Source: Candidatus Woesearchaeota archaeon (GTDB lineage: Archaea; Nanobdellota; Nanobdellia; SCGC-AAA011-G17; ARS1403). Taken from it: 64,000 nucleotides of DNA. Shown here in pieces: positions 47,766 to 56,951 of the stretch. Each line of letters opens with the position of its first letter. The stretch's first letter is position 1. The stretch lies in the NCBI GenBank assembly GCA_016188065.1, contig JACPIN010000005.1, positions 13,646 through 77,645 on the forward strand. Reading direction: 5' to 3'. The notes beneath the pieces are model-generated. The model did not search any database, was not told the DNA's origin, and saw nothing but the letters and a program-made list of their open reading frames with translations. The translations under genes and the position numbers were made by a program.

Positions 47766-48730
47766 TCGTAATCATTTTTTAACTTTAATAATTCAAGAGA
47801 GATTGCCAGAATTAAAGGGCCTATTATTAATCCTATAAATCCCAGAAGATTTAAGCCGCCCAGAATTCCAAGAAGGATTATTGTTGGATGGATGTTTGCT
47901 TTTCTTCCAATTAACTTCGGCTTGATTAAATTATCTACGGTTCCTACTACTAAAGCCCCGAAGATAATAATCCCTACTCCGGAAAAATAATCCTGCTGGA
48001 TAATTTGAATAATTCCCGCTGGAAGCCAGATAAGTGCAGTGCCTGCAAAGGGGATTAAAGAAGCGAATGCCATGACAAAGCCCCATAATATTGGAGAAGG
48101 AATGTTGAAGATAGCAAAGCCTATTCCGCCTAAAACCCCCTGTATTATTGCTGTGAGGATTATGCCGTAGATTAGTGCGCCAGTTATTGACTTGAATTTT
48201 TCCAGGATCAATGTTTTTTTTCTCTCGTCTAGAGGGAGGTGTTTTTTTACAAAACTAACTAATGAAGAAGATTCTTTTAACAGATAATAAGTCAGGAAGA
48301 CAATTATGAATAAATTCAATGCCCTTTGCGGGATTGAAAGAATAAAATTTGAAGCGGACTTTGCTATGAATAATAATGTATTATTAGCTATGCCTGAAAT
48401 GTATTTCTGGAAATCGGATTCTAGATACTTTGTTGCTATCTGCAGCAGATTCTTTTCCTTCACTTTTTGGTAGACTGCGACTGACTCGTGCGCCAGCGAA
48501 TTTGCTATTATTAAAGAGGGGATTATTGCTAAAAACAAGATGATTAGGAGTGTGAATGCTGAGCTGATGCTTTTACTGTTAATCTTGCTGTTTAATTTTG
48601 CATATAATGGGGAGAAAACAAATGCCAGGACGAAACTGAATAATATTGCTGATATAAACGGCTTGACTGTTAAGAAGATTAAATAAGCTAACAGCAGAGA
48701 GATTAAGATTGAGAAAGATTGCCTTTTCAT
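47762..48730 (-). CDS. AI-2E (PerM/UPF0118) family transporter
   Basis: 322 aa, 8 TM; conserved C-terminal block DNLIKPKLIGRKANIHPTIILLGILGGLNLLGFIGLIIGP typical of UPF0118. Confidence 0.7.
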   Translation of the reverse strand: MKRQSFSILISLLLAYLIFLTVKPFISAILFSFVLAFVFSPLYAKLNSKINSKSISSAFTLLIILFLAIIPSLIIANSLAHESVAVYQKVKEKNLLQIATKYLESDFQKYISGIANNTLLFIAKSASNFILSIPQRALNLFIIVFLTYYLLKESSSLVSFVKKHLPLDERKKTLILEKFKSITGALIYGIILTAIIQGVLGGIGFAIFNIPSPILWGFVMAFASLIPFAGTALIWLPAGIIQIIQQDYFSGVGIIIFGALVVGTVDNLIKPKLIGRKANIHPTIILLGILGGLNLLGFIGLIIGPLILAISLELLKLKNDYD

Positions 48731-48750
48731 GCTATTATGATTGATTACTT

Positions 48751-48785
48751 TTTTATAAACATTGCTTTTTTAATCGCTTTGCTCT
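48751..48785. repeat. Left copy of an about 35-42 bp imperfect direct repeat flanking the DUF433/DUF5615 pair
   Basis: TTTTATAAACATTGCTTTTTTAATCGCTTTGCTCT; the partner at 49439-49480 differs by a 7-nt insertion and one substitution. Confidence 0.7.
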
Positions 48786-48816
48786 CATGGACAACTACGT
48801 TTTCCATTGCCTTTCC

Positions 48817-49173
48817 TTAATCGATTTTTCTCATCCTAATTCCTGCTTCTGAGATAACTAAAAATTTACCACTTAATTCAACCCCCAGTTTTTCTATGAC
48901 ATATAATAAAAGCTTTAGCCTGTTTTCTGGATTGTCTATGTTTAACCTTAAAAGAATGACTCCTTTTGAATGCTTTTTTCTTCTGAAAACTATCTCTCCG
49001 AAGTCTTTATCATTTGTTATCAAAATCCTGTCATCTTTTAATGCCTCCTCTAGAACAATCTCATCATCTGCACCAAGCAAATCTTCACTAATGTATTCCG
49101 TGTCATATCCTTTTTCCCTGAGCGATGAAACTAATTTTCTACCAGTACTTTCATCAACTAGAAACTTTAGCAT
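48817..49173 (-). CDS. DUF5615-like PIN-related putative nuclease (toxin-like partner of DUF433)
   Basis: 118 aa; LKFLVDESTG...ILITNDKDFGEIVF pattern of DUF5615/Mut7-C-like proteins; overlaps the DUF433 gene by 20 nt. Confidence 0.6.
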   Translation of the reverse strand: MLKFLVDESTGRKLVSSLREKGYDTEYISEDLLGADDEIVLEEALKDDRILITNDKDFGEIVFRRKKHSKGVILLRLNIDNPENRLKLLLYVIEKLGVELSGKFLVISEAGIRMRKID

Positions 49174-49417
49174 ATCTCTTTTTTTCTAAGAAGGGCAATA
49201 CTGTTTCTGAACCGACAATTTCAGCACCATACATTAATGCTGCCTTAATGTCCTTCTTATTTATATGAGGATAATCTTCCAATATTTCTCTTTCAGTCAT
49301 TCCTTGTGCAACTAACTTAATAAGTAGGTCCACCGGAATCCTTGTGCCTTTTATTACCGGTTTTCCTACCATAATCTTTGGATTGACAACGATCCTATTT
49401 AATAAGCCTTGATCCAT
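49154..49417 (-). CDS. DUF433-family small protein (antitoxin-like partner)
   Basis: 87 aa; PVIKGTRIPVDLLIKLVAQGMTEREILEDYPHINKKDIKAAL matches the DUF433 signature. Confidence 0.65.
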   Translation of the reverse strand: MDQGLLNRIVVNPKIMVGKPVIKGTRIPVDLLIKLVAQGMTEREILEDYPHINKKDIKAALMYGAEIVGSETVLPFLEKKRYAKVSS

Positions 49418-49438
49418 ATTATTTTATGAAACCTTTAA

Positions 49439-49480
49439 TTTTATAAACATTGCTTTTTACTTTTTTAATCGCTTCGCTCT
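49439..49480. repeat. Right copy of the direct repeat flanking the DUF433/DUF5615 pair
   Basis: TTTTATAAACATTGCTTTTTACTTTTTTAATCGCTTCGCTCT. Confidence 0.7.
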
Positions 49481-49524
49481 AATAAGACACCTGCGGTTTC
49501 TTATGAAAACTTCCCATCTTCCTT

Positions 49525-49700
49525 TTTCTTTCAGAAAGAAACACTAATTGAACAAAGTTCAATTGTGCGCCATTGAGTTTCACTCAATTAGCGAATCAAG
49601 CCCGAAAAGAAACATTTTAGCTTCCAATTTTTCTTTGGACACGATTTCTTTTTCCTAAAAAGAAAGTGTGATGGAAGGCAGATGGAAACCTTGGTGTCCA
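49525..49700. promoter_or_regulatory. Cluster of AT-rich palindromes in the divergent intergenic region between the TA-like pair and the retropepsin/RimK operon
   Basis: P1 TTTCTTTC-A-GAAAGAAA (49525-49541); P2 AATTGAAC-AAA-GTTCAATT (49546-49564); P3 ATTGAGT-TTC-ACTCAAT (49572-49588); P4 TTTCTTTTT-CCT-AAAAAGAAA (49645-49665); outer inverted repeat TGGACAC/GTGTCCA (49636-49642 and 49694-49700). Confidence 0.6.
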
Positions 49701-49755
49701 TGTTTTCCTAAACTTTTGTGGAAAAATTTAAATAAGATTTTATCAATCAAAAGTT

Positions 49756-50085
49756 ATGTTAAAAGACAATGAAATTCTTGGATTGGTTGAAAAAGTGAAA
49801 ATAAAAGGCAGGGAGATTTTAGCAAGAGTGGATACTGGGGCCAGAAGATGCAGCATTGACAAGAAGCTTGCAAATGAGTTGAAGCTAGGCCCTGTCATTG
49901 GGAATCGGAAATATAGAAGCGCCCATGGGAAAAGTATTAGGCCTGTTGTTATCGAGGAGATTGAGCTGAAAGGAAAGAAATTAATTGTAAAGATAAACTT
50001 AAGCGATAGGAGAGAGATGAAATACAACTTTTTAGTGGGAAGGGAAGCTTTAAAAAAAGGTTTTCTGATTGACCCTAGCAGATGA
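49756..50085 (+). CDS. Retropepsin-like aspartic protease (the so-called ATP-dependent zinc protease family commonly paired with RimK)
   Basis: 109 aa; ARVDTGARRCSI with a DTGA catalytic motif; immediately upstream of, and overlapping, the RimK-like gene. Confidence 0.55.
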   Translation: MLKDNEILGLVEKVKIKGREILARVDTGARRCSIDKKLANELKLGPVIGNRKYRSAHGKSIRPVVIEEIELKGKKLIVKINLSDRREMKYNFLVGREALKKGFLIDPSR

Positions 50086-51161
50086 GATTGGCTATAATAA
50101 GCTTGGGGGGGACAAGCAGCGAGCTCATTGGGAAAGAGGCTGGAAATTTTTTCAAAAGCGTTGACTTGCTTGACATCAGGAAGATTGAGATTGCTGCCGG
50201 CTCTAAGGAATCAGAGATTTTATATGAAAAAAATCCCTTGAAGGAGTATGACTGCGTTTATATCAGAGGGAGCTTTAATTATGCACTGCTGCAGAGGAGC
50301 CTGACTTTTATTCTTCAAAGCAAGAATGTTTACATGCCATTTAACCCGGATACGTTTACAATTGCGCATGATAAATTCTTAACAACTTTATCTCTGCAGA
50401 AAGCGGGAATTAAAATTCCAAAGACTTATCTTGCTGCGACTATGAAGGATGCTAAGAAGCTGCTTGAAGAGGTGAATTTCCCAATCATAATGAAAGTGCC
50501 TACAGGGACTCAGGGAAAGGGGGTGATGAGCGCTGATTCGCTTGCAAGCGCAAGATCAATGCTTGATACCTTAGAGAGCTTGAGGCAGCCAGTTATTCTG
50601 CAGGAGTATATAGAAACTGATGCTACTGATATAAGAGCAATAGTTGCTGGAAAAAAAGTAATTGCGAGCATGAAGAGAAAGGGAATGAGCGGAGAGATAA
50701 GGAGCAACATACATCAAGGAGGGATTGGAGTTGAATATGAATTAGACTATGACACTGAGAATATTGCAGTTAAAGCTGCTAAATCTGTGAATGCGGAGAT
50801 ATGCGGGGTTGACATCCTTGAAAGCGTTAGAGGTAATGTTGTTATAGAGGTTAACTTAAGCCCGGGGTTGAGAGGGATAATGAATGCTACTAAAAAGAAT
50901 GTTGCCAAATCCATTGCTGAATATTTATTTAAAAAAACTGCTGAATTTAAAAAAACCGAGAAGGATAATGGATATAATGAGATTATGAAGGGGATAAAAG
51001 CTAAAAGCGACAAAGAAGTGCTCACTAACTTAGAGATTAAAGCTGGGAAGATAAGGCTGCCTGAATTGATGACTAAGATGAGCGGGTTTGAAAATGAAGA
51101 GGAGGTTGTTCTAGTTGCTGAGAACGGGAAGATAGAGATAAAGAAGCAGGACATTAAATAA
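50082..51161 (+). CDS. RimK-like ATP-grasp ligase (alpha-L-glutamate ligase family) with C-terminal extension
   Basis: 359 aa; ATP-grasp motifs FPIIMKVPTGTQGKGV and EICGVDILES; about 70-aa extra acidic C-terminal tail. Confidence 0.7.
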   Translation: MRLAIISLGGTSSELIGKEAGNFFKSVDLLDIRKIEIAAGSKESEILYEKNPLKEYDCVYIRGSFNYALLQRSLTFILQSKNVYMPFNPDTFTIAHDKFLTTLSLQKAGIKIPKTYLAATMKDAKKLLEEVNFPIIMKVPTGTQGKGVMSADSLASARSMLDTLESLRQPVILQEYIETDATDIRAIVAGKKVIASMKRKGMSGEIRSNIHQGGIGVEYELDYDTENIAVKAAKSVNAEICGVDILESVRGNVVIEVNLSPGLRGIMNATKKNVAKSIAEYLFKKTAEFKKTEKDNGYNEIMKGIKAKSDKEVLTNLEIKAGKIRLPELMTKMSGFENEEEVVLVAENGKIEIKKQDIK

Positions 51162-51489
51162 TTATTTACTTGATTCTTTAATTACAAGAAAAAGAAAACT
51201 ATCACGCTAAATAAAGCCAATAGAAAATAAATTAATACCTTTTTTTTGATGATATAAAAAGGATAAATGCCTCTAACAATAAAATCCAGTTTTGAACACT
51301 TATTATTTCAGGCATATTTTGCTCCTGCGATTAATCCAAATCCAACTGTTGCCAAGACCCCTGCAAGATAGAGATTCCTTGCTTATCCATCATTATAATG
51401 TAGGTTAGCCTGTATTTATTATTTTTGGCCTTTGCCAATTATTTTATCTTAAGAAAGATATTTAAAGTTTTGTCTGGGCTGTTAAGGCA

Positions 51490-54189
51490 ATGGAAGAGAG
51501 TTCTGCTAAAGAGGCCTTGAAAAACGATTTCGGAGATAAGGCTTTAGAGGAAAGAAAACAGAAGATTTTTGCTTATTTTAAGAAAGACAAGAAATGGATA
51601 ATCTGGCTGGCTTTTGCTTTTATTGCCTGGTTTGGGTTTTGGATAAGGACCAGGAATATTCCTCTGTTGAAAGATGTTACTACGGGCGATTTTATCCAGG
51701 CAGATCCTGATGCTACTGCTTTCCTGAGATATGCAAAATACATTGTTGAGAATGGAAGATTGATGGATATTGACTTGATGAGGTATTACCCTTGGGGATA
51801 CGGAAACATGGTTGAATTTAAATTACTGAGTTATGCAATTGCTTACTTCTACAAATTCTTGCATTTCTTTAACTCCGATGTTACTGTTGGGTATGCGCAT
51901 GTTCTTTATCCACCTGTAGCTTTTGTAATTGGATTGATATTTTTCTTTTTGCTTGTTAGAAAACTATTTGATTATAGAATTGCTTTGCTTTCTAGTTTAT
52001 TATTGACAATAATTCCCCCGTATCTTTTTAGGACGATAGCCGGCGTGGGGGACAAAGAAGCATTTGGCATGATATTCTTTTTTGCTGCTTTATATTTTTT
52101 TGTTTGCGGCTGGAAGTCAGAAACTCTAAAGAAAAACTTAATTTTTGGAGCACTAGCTGGATTATCGACAGGCGTTATGGGACTTATTTGGGGCGGATTT
52201 GCCTTCGTAGTTACGATAATTGCCATTTTTTGCTTGATAGCTTTTACCTTTCTTGAATTTAACAGGCAAAGATTTTTTTCTTATGCTGTGTGGTATTTTA
52301 TTTTTTATCTAATCATGATTATTTTCAGAGGTTATAGATTAAATACCATAATCGGCGGCTATTATCATGCATTAGCCTTATTTACTTTATTAATTGGGGT
52401 AATTATTTATCTATCTTTAAAATATAACCTCAAAAACCTTATTGAAAAAAAATCCAAATTGCCTTACACAATTTCTATATCCATTTCTGTTATAATTATT
52501 GGGACCATTATTTCGCTGATTGTCATAGGAGGAGAGTTTGTATTTGGGCATATCGAGCAGGTATATGATACCTTAACAAGCCCATTTGGAAACGACCGAT
52601 GGCAATTAACTGTTGCTGAGGCGCATCAGCCATACTTGATTGAATTCATTAACTTTGTGAGCTGGAAATTTTTCTGGATTTATTTCATTGGCTCTATACT
52701 GATGGTTTATTTCTTGTTAAACAAAATAGATAAAAAGACAAGGAGTTGTGGTTTAATTATCTATACTTTATTCATTGTTGGATTTAGCTTTAGCAGATTT
52801 TCTCAGAATTCGAAAATTCTAAACGGAGAAAGCTTCTTTTCACTCAACATTATGTATCTAGGGGGTATTTCTATTGTGATGGTTTCATTCTTAGCCTACT
52901 ATCTTTATACTTACTATAAAAATAAAGAAGTTTTTGAAAAATTAAAGACCTTAGATGATAAATATTTATTTGTATTGATATGGCTGGTTGTCTTGCTTGT
53001 CGGCTCTAGAAGTGCAATAAGATTATTATTTATTTTCTCTACAATCGCATCTTTATTAGCAGCTTACTTTTGCATTAAGCTCTTTGATATTTCGCTTAAA
53101 TTTAAAAAAGATATTTACAAAATTTCAATTTGGATATTTCTAATTCTTGTTTTAGTAAATCCTTTTGCAATTGCCGGAAGTTTTGCTTATGGATTATTTA
53201 ATAAAGGCATCATTCTCGAGCATTCCCAGATAACCTATAATCAGGCAAGATATACTGGAACTGGATATGGCCAGCAATGGCAGATAGCTGGAAAATGGGT
53301 CAGAGAAAATGTGCCTGAAGATGCAATTTTTGCCCACTGGTGGGATTATGGTTATTGGGTGCAAACAAATTTTAATAGAGTAACAGTTACAGATGGGGGG
53401 AATGCTAAAGCTAGTTTAAACCACTATATGGGGAGATATGGGTTAACAGGACAAAATGAATTAGAAGCATTGGAATTTTTCAAAGCCCATAATGTTACCA
53501 ATTTCTTAGCTGTTTCTGATGAAATTGGAAAGTATCCTGCTTTTTCATCAATTGGAAGCGATGAGAATTGGGACAGATATTCCTGGCTGCCCCCCTTCCA
53601 AATGGATACAAGCAAGACTCAAGAAACAAGAGAGTATACTGTTTATGTTTACGGAGGGGTAAGCCCTCTTGATTATGATTTCAGATTCAATGGAGCATTA
53701 TACCCTAAAGGCGGCTCTGCCATAATCGGTTTCTTTATTCCTACAAAAGAAGAGAATGGAACCTTGAAGATAGAAACACCAGCTGCTGCCGTAATAAATC
53801 AAGGACAGCAAAGACAGATTCCACTTGAATGTATTTTTTTCAATGGACAGGAGATTTATTTCAATCAAAAAGGCTTGAAGGGGTGTTTCCATATCTTCCC
53901 TAGTGTTGATGGGCAAAAAGTTAATAATATTGGAGCAGGGATATATGTTTCTGAAAAAGTTAAGAAAACAATATTTGCCCAGCTTTATTTGTTTGGCAAG
54001 CCAGGAAAATATTTTAAATTGGCTTATAGCGATGAAAACCAGATACCCTTGGCACTTTATAACGGAAGATTAATAGGGCCGTTGAAAATCTGGGGGGTTA
54101 CATATCCTGAAAACCTAGGGGTTCCGGAGCATTACTATGAAGATGTGTTGATAAATCCAAATGTAACAAGCTTGGAAGGAAGGTATTAA
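51490..54189 (+). CDS. aglB: Oligosaccharyltransferase AglB (STT3 homolog)
   Basis: 899 aa; 13 TM N-terminal domain; WWDYGYW motif (HWWDYGYWVQ) and downstream DGG/DK-type motif region (TVTDGGNAKAS). Confidence 0.9.
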   Translation: MEESSAKEALKNDFGDKALEERKQKIFAYFKKDKKWIIWLAFAFIAWFGFWIRTRNIPLLKDVTTGDFIQADPDATAFLRYAKYIVENGRLMDIDLMRYYPWGYGNMVEFKLLSYAIAYFYKFLHFFNSDVTVGYAHVLYPPVAFVIGLIFFFLLVRKLFDYRIALLSSLLLTIIPPYLFRTIAGVGDKEAFGMIFFFAALYFFVCGWKSETLKKNLIFGALAGLSTGVMGLIWGGFAFVVTIIAIFCLIAFTFLEFNRQRFFSYAVWYFIFYLIMIIFRGYRLNTIIGGYYHALALFTLLIGVIIYLSLKYNLKNLIEKKSKLPYTISISISVIIIGTIISLIVIGGEFVFGHIEQVYDTLTSPFGNDRWQLTVAEAHQPYLIEFINFVSWKFFWIYFIGSILMVYFLLNKIDKKTRSCGLIIYTLFIVGFSFSRFSQNSKILNGESFFSLNIMYLGGISIVMVSFLAYYLYTYYKNKEVFEKLKTLDDKYLFVLIWLVVLLVGSRSAIRLLFIFSTIASLLAAYFCIKLFDISLKFKKDIYKISIWIFLILVLVNPFAIAGSFAYGLFNKGIILEHSQITYNQARYTGTGYGQQWQIAGKWVRENVPEDAIFAHWWDYGYWVQTNFNRVTVTDGGNAKASLNHYMGRYGLTGQNELEALEFFKAHNVTNFLAVSDEIGKYPAFSSIGSDENWDRYSWLPPFQMDTSKTQETREYTVYVYGGVSPLDYDFRFNGALYPKGGSAIIGFFIPTKEENGTLKIETPAAAVINQGQQRQIPLECIFFNGQEIYFNQKGLKGCFHIFPSVDGQKVNNIGAGIYVSEKVKKTIFAQLYLFGKPGKYFKLAYSDENQIPLALYNGRLIGPLKIWGVTYPENLGVPEHYYEDVLINPNVTSLEGRY

Positions 54190-54190
54190 A

Positions 54191-54829
54191 ATGCCGGAAA
54201 TTTACGAAGAAGATTATCATAGGATTATACATAAACATTTATTACAAGATGAAAAATATTATCTATTTAGAGCAAAACATGCTACTAAAAGCTATTGGAA
54301 GCATTTAAACGGGAAAGTTTTGGAATTTGGGTGTGGAATTGGACAGAATATTTATCTTCAAAAAGATAAAGCAATTGGGCTAGACATCAGTAACTTTTGC
54401 AAAAATGAATGTGAGAAAAGAGGAATTAAGATAGTTCAAGATTCTAGGAAAATAAAAGATAATTCTTTTGATAGCATATTAGCCTGCCATGTGTTGGAGC
54501 ATATGGAGAATCCTGCTGAGATATTAAGAGAATTTCATAGGCTGCTTAACGATAGTGGCAGATTAGTTTTGGTTCTGCCGGTATCTTGCCATAACAAACC
54601 TTATAGAAACTGGAAGTCAGATAGATCAAAACACTTATTTCAATGGAATTTTGCTGCCATTAATGAGCTTCTGCATTTCATTGGATTTAAAATAAAATTA
54701 AATAGCTTTAATTACGCTTATGGCTATTCTATTTTTTATAAATTGCCTTTTTTTATTGGATATAATTCTCTTCAGCTATCTGGATTTTTGAGAAATAGAA
54801 AAGAGATGATTATTGTTGCAGATAAATAA
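54191..54829 (+). CDS. Class I SAM-dependent methyltransferase (Methyltransf_11-like)
   Basis: 212 aa; VLEFGCGIGQN motif I and ILACHVLEHMENP motif. Confidence 0.65.
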   Translation: MPEIYEEDYHRIIHKHLLQDEKYYLFRAKHATKSYWKHLNGKVLEFGCGIGQNIYLQKDKAIGLDISNFCKNECEKRGIKIVQDSRKIKDNSFDSILACHVLEHMENPAEILREFHRLLNDSGRLVLVLPVSCHNKPYRNWKSDRSKHLFQWNFAAINELLHFIGFKIKLNSFNYAYGYSIFYKLPFFIGYNSLQLSGFLRNRKEMIIVADK

Positions 54830-54864
54830 ATTTAAATACGTTAACTATTGTTAATTTAAATAAG

Positions 54865-55959
54865 ATGAATCTTGCCAGAATTGCCTTAAATTCGTATGTG
54901 TTAAAAAAAGAACCTATCAGTTTGATACACTTTGTTACAAATAAATGCAATGCCAGATGCAAGCACTGTTTTATAGATTTTGATCATCCTGATGTTTTCA
55001 AAGGCGAGCTTACATTAGAAGAGATAGATAAACTTACTAAGAGTTTTGGAAGGTCTATGCTTAATGTTAATCTTACAGGTGGAGAGCCGTTTTTGAGGAA
55101 GGATTTTTTTGAGATCGTGAAGATGTATTTTGAAAATGCAGGCATCAGGTCTGTTTACATAACAACAAACGGGATGTTTACACAATTAACAAAGAACTTT
55201 ATTGATAAATTCATTGAATCTGGAATAAAGGGAAATGTAATACTTTCATTTTCTATTGATAATTTTGAGGAAGGACATGATGAAAACAGGAGAGTTAAAG
55301 GACTATATCAAAACACATTAAAGACTTATGAGCTTGTGAAGAGCTATCATCTGCCAAATATAATGGCTAATATCTCGATAACTGTAACAGACCATAATTA
55401 TGATAGGGTTATAGATTTATACCATTATTTAAAAGATGTAAAAAAAGTAGATGCATTCACAGCAATTGCCATGCGTGAAGAGGGAGTTATTAAAAAAATA
55501 GACCCAGCAGTTAAACAAAATATTGGGATAGCTTATGCGAGACTGACTAATCTTATAAAAGAAGGCATGCTGAAAGATGAGATTGACGGCTATAAAAAAG
55601 AAGGTCTCCAGGGAACTTTGCTTAATTCTAAAAATATGATCATGTATAAAAACATAGCTGAATCTTATATTAAGCCGCATTATATATCTCATTGCCCTGC
55701 CGGCGCATTATTTGGAGTTATCTGGGCAAATGGAATGGTCTATCCCTGTGAAGTCCTTAATAAGCCACTTGGGAACTTAAGGGATTATAATATGAATTTC
55801 ATGGAACTATGGAAAAATGAAAAGACTAAAGATGTTAAGAAGTTTATTAAAGATACGGACTGTAACTGTACCTTTGAATGCGCATGGGCAATAAATATTA
55901 TCTCAAATAAAAGATATATCCCCTCTTTGATAAAAAATTCTATTAAACAAAAAATCTGA
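54865..55959 (+). CDS. Radical SAM enzyme with C-terminal SPASM-like Cys cluster
   Basis: 364 aa; CNARCKHC (CxxxCxxC); C-terminal CPAG...CEV...CNCTFEC auxiliary cluster pattern. Confidence 0.75.
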   Translation: MNLARIALNSYVLKKEPISLIHFVTNKCNARCKHCFIDFDHPDVFKGELTLEEIDKLTKSFGRSMLNVNLTGGEPFLRKDFFEIVKMYFENAGIRSVYITTNGMFTQLTKNFIDKFIESGIKGNVILSFSIDNFEEGHDENRRVKGLYQNTLKTYELVKSYHLPNIMANISITVTDHNYDRVIDLYHYLKDVKKVDAFTAIAMREEGVIKKIDPAVKQNIGIAYARLTNLIKEGMLKDEIDGYKKEGLQGTLLNSKNMIMYKNIAESYIKPHYISHCPAGALFGVIWANGMVYPCEVLNKPLGNLRDYNMNFMELWKNEKTKDVKKFIKDTDCNCTFECAWAINIISNKRYIPSLIKNSIKQKI

Positions 55960-56899
55960 TAATTCCACTAATCATTCCAGTTGTCCACGACATATTTCTG
56001 AGGATTATGACAAACATTGATTTTACAGAAGATATAATCCCTTCTTTCTTAGATATATAATTAATAAGGCTAAAATCGAGGAGCAAGATTATTATGAGCA
56101 GAAATGGAATGAGATAAACAATTGTAGAATAAAAAAAACTTAAAACTATATTTAACTCTAAAATAGCTGTATAAAATATTACAAACTTGTTTTTTTCTTC
56201 CTGATAGGTCTTTATTTTTTTTAAATTTGGTTTTCTTAAATAGAGATAGATTGTGTCTCTTGCAAACCTATACTGCTGCTTAATGTATTTTTTAAGCCCT
56301 TTATGGAAGTGGTGCTTTATACCTAAATTCTTGTCCCAAAATATTTTATATTTTCTTCCAACTTCCAAGCTAAATTCTAAATCTTCAGCTACGTAATTTT
56401 TTTGCTCAGAAAATCCTTTTTCTTTAATGAAGATTTCTCTGTTGCATGCGAAATTATTTGATGGAAAAGAGGTTATAGGATTTGAGAGGTTTTTTCTCCG
56501 TATTAATAACTCATAGAAAGCATATTTTTCTAAAAAGGTATTTCCTACTGAGCCTGAATATCCGTCGCATATAAATTCTGCTTTTCTATTTTTGAAATCT
56601 GCCATGATTTTTGACAGCCAATCTTTAGGAAGAATGCAATCTGAATCTGTAAATGCCAGATATTTTGTTAAAGCCTGCTGTGCGCCGATGTTTCTTGCTT
56701 TGCCTTGTCCTGAACGCTGATTTAGTTTTATTATTTTATATCCATATTCTTGAGTTACCTGTGCTGAGTTATCTGTCGAGCAATCGTCGATTAAAATAAC
56801 ACCATAGTTTTTATAATTTTGCGCTTTTACTGAATCAAGGCATTTCCTTAAAGTTTTTTCTGCATTATACATGGGGATTATAATTGTTATTTCAGCCAT
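55943..56899 (-). CDS. Family 2 glycosyltransferase with C-terminal TM helices
   Basis: 318 aa; IIIPMYNAEKTL...LIDDCSTDNS and DSDC (DxD) motifs. Confidence 0.8.
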   Translation of the reverse strand: MAEITIIIPMYNAEKTLRKCLDSVKAQNYKNYGVILIDDCSTDNSAQVTQEYGYKIIKLNQRSGQGKARNIGAQQALTKYLAFTDSDCILPKDWLSKIMADFKNRKAEFICDGYSGSVGNTFLEKYAFYELLIRRKNLSNPITSFPSNNFACNREIFIKEKGFSEQKNYVAEDLEFSLEVGRKYKIFWDKNLGIKHHFHKGLKKYIKQQYRFARDTIYLYLRKPNLKKIKTYQEEKNKFVIFYTAILELNIVLSFFYSTIVYLIPFLLIIILLLDFSLINYISKKEGIISSVKSMFVIILRNMSWTTGMISGIIRFFV

Positions 56900-56951
56900 C
56901 TTAAAGAAGCCACTAAGTTAATCTTATAAATATTCTTACTAAATAAACGTT

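Noticed and set aside
49481-49755. Structured ncRNA (RNase P RNA or SRP RNA) in the palindrome-rich intergenic region
   Set aside because: No conserved RNase P (P4 AGGAAAGTCC-type) or SRP domain IV motifs. The palindromes have 1-3 nt spacers, unsuitable for RNA hairpin loops.
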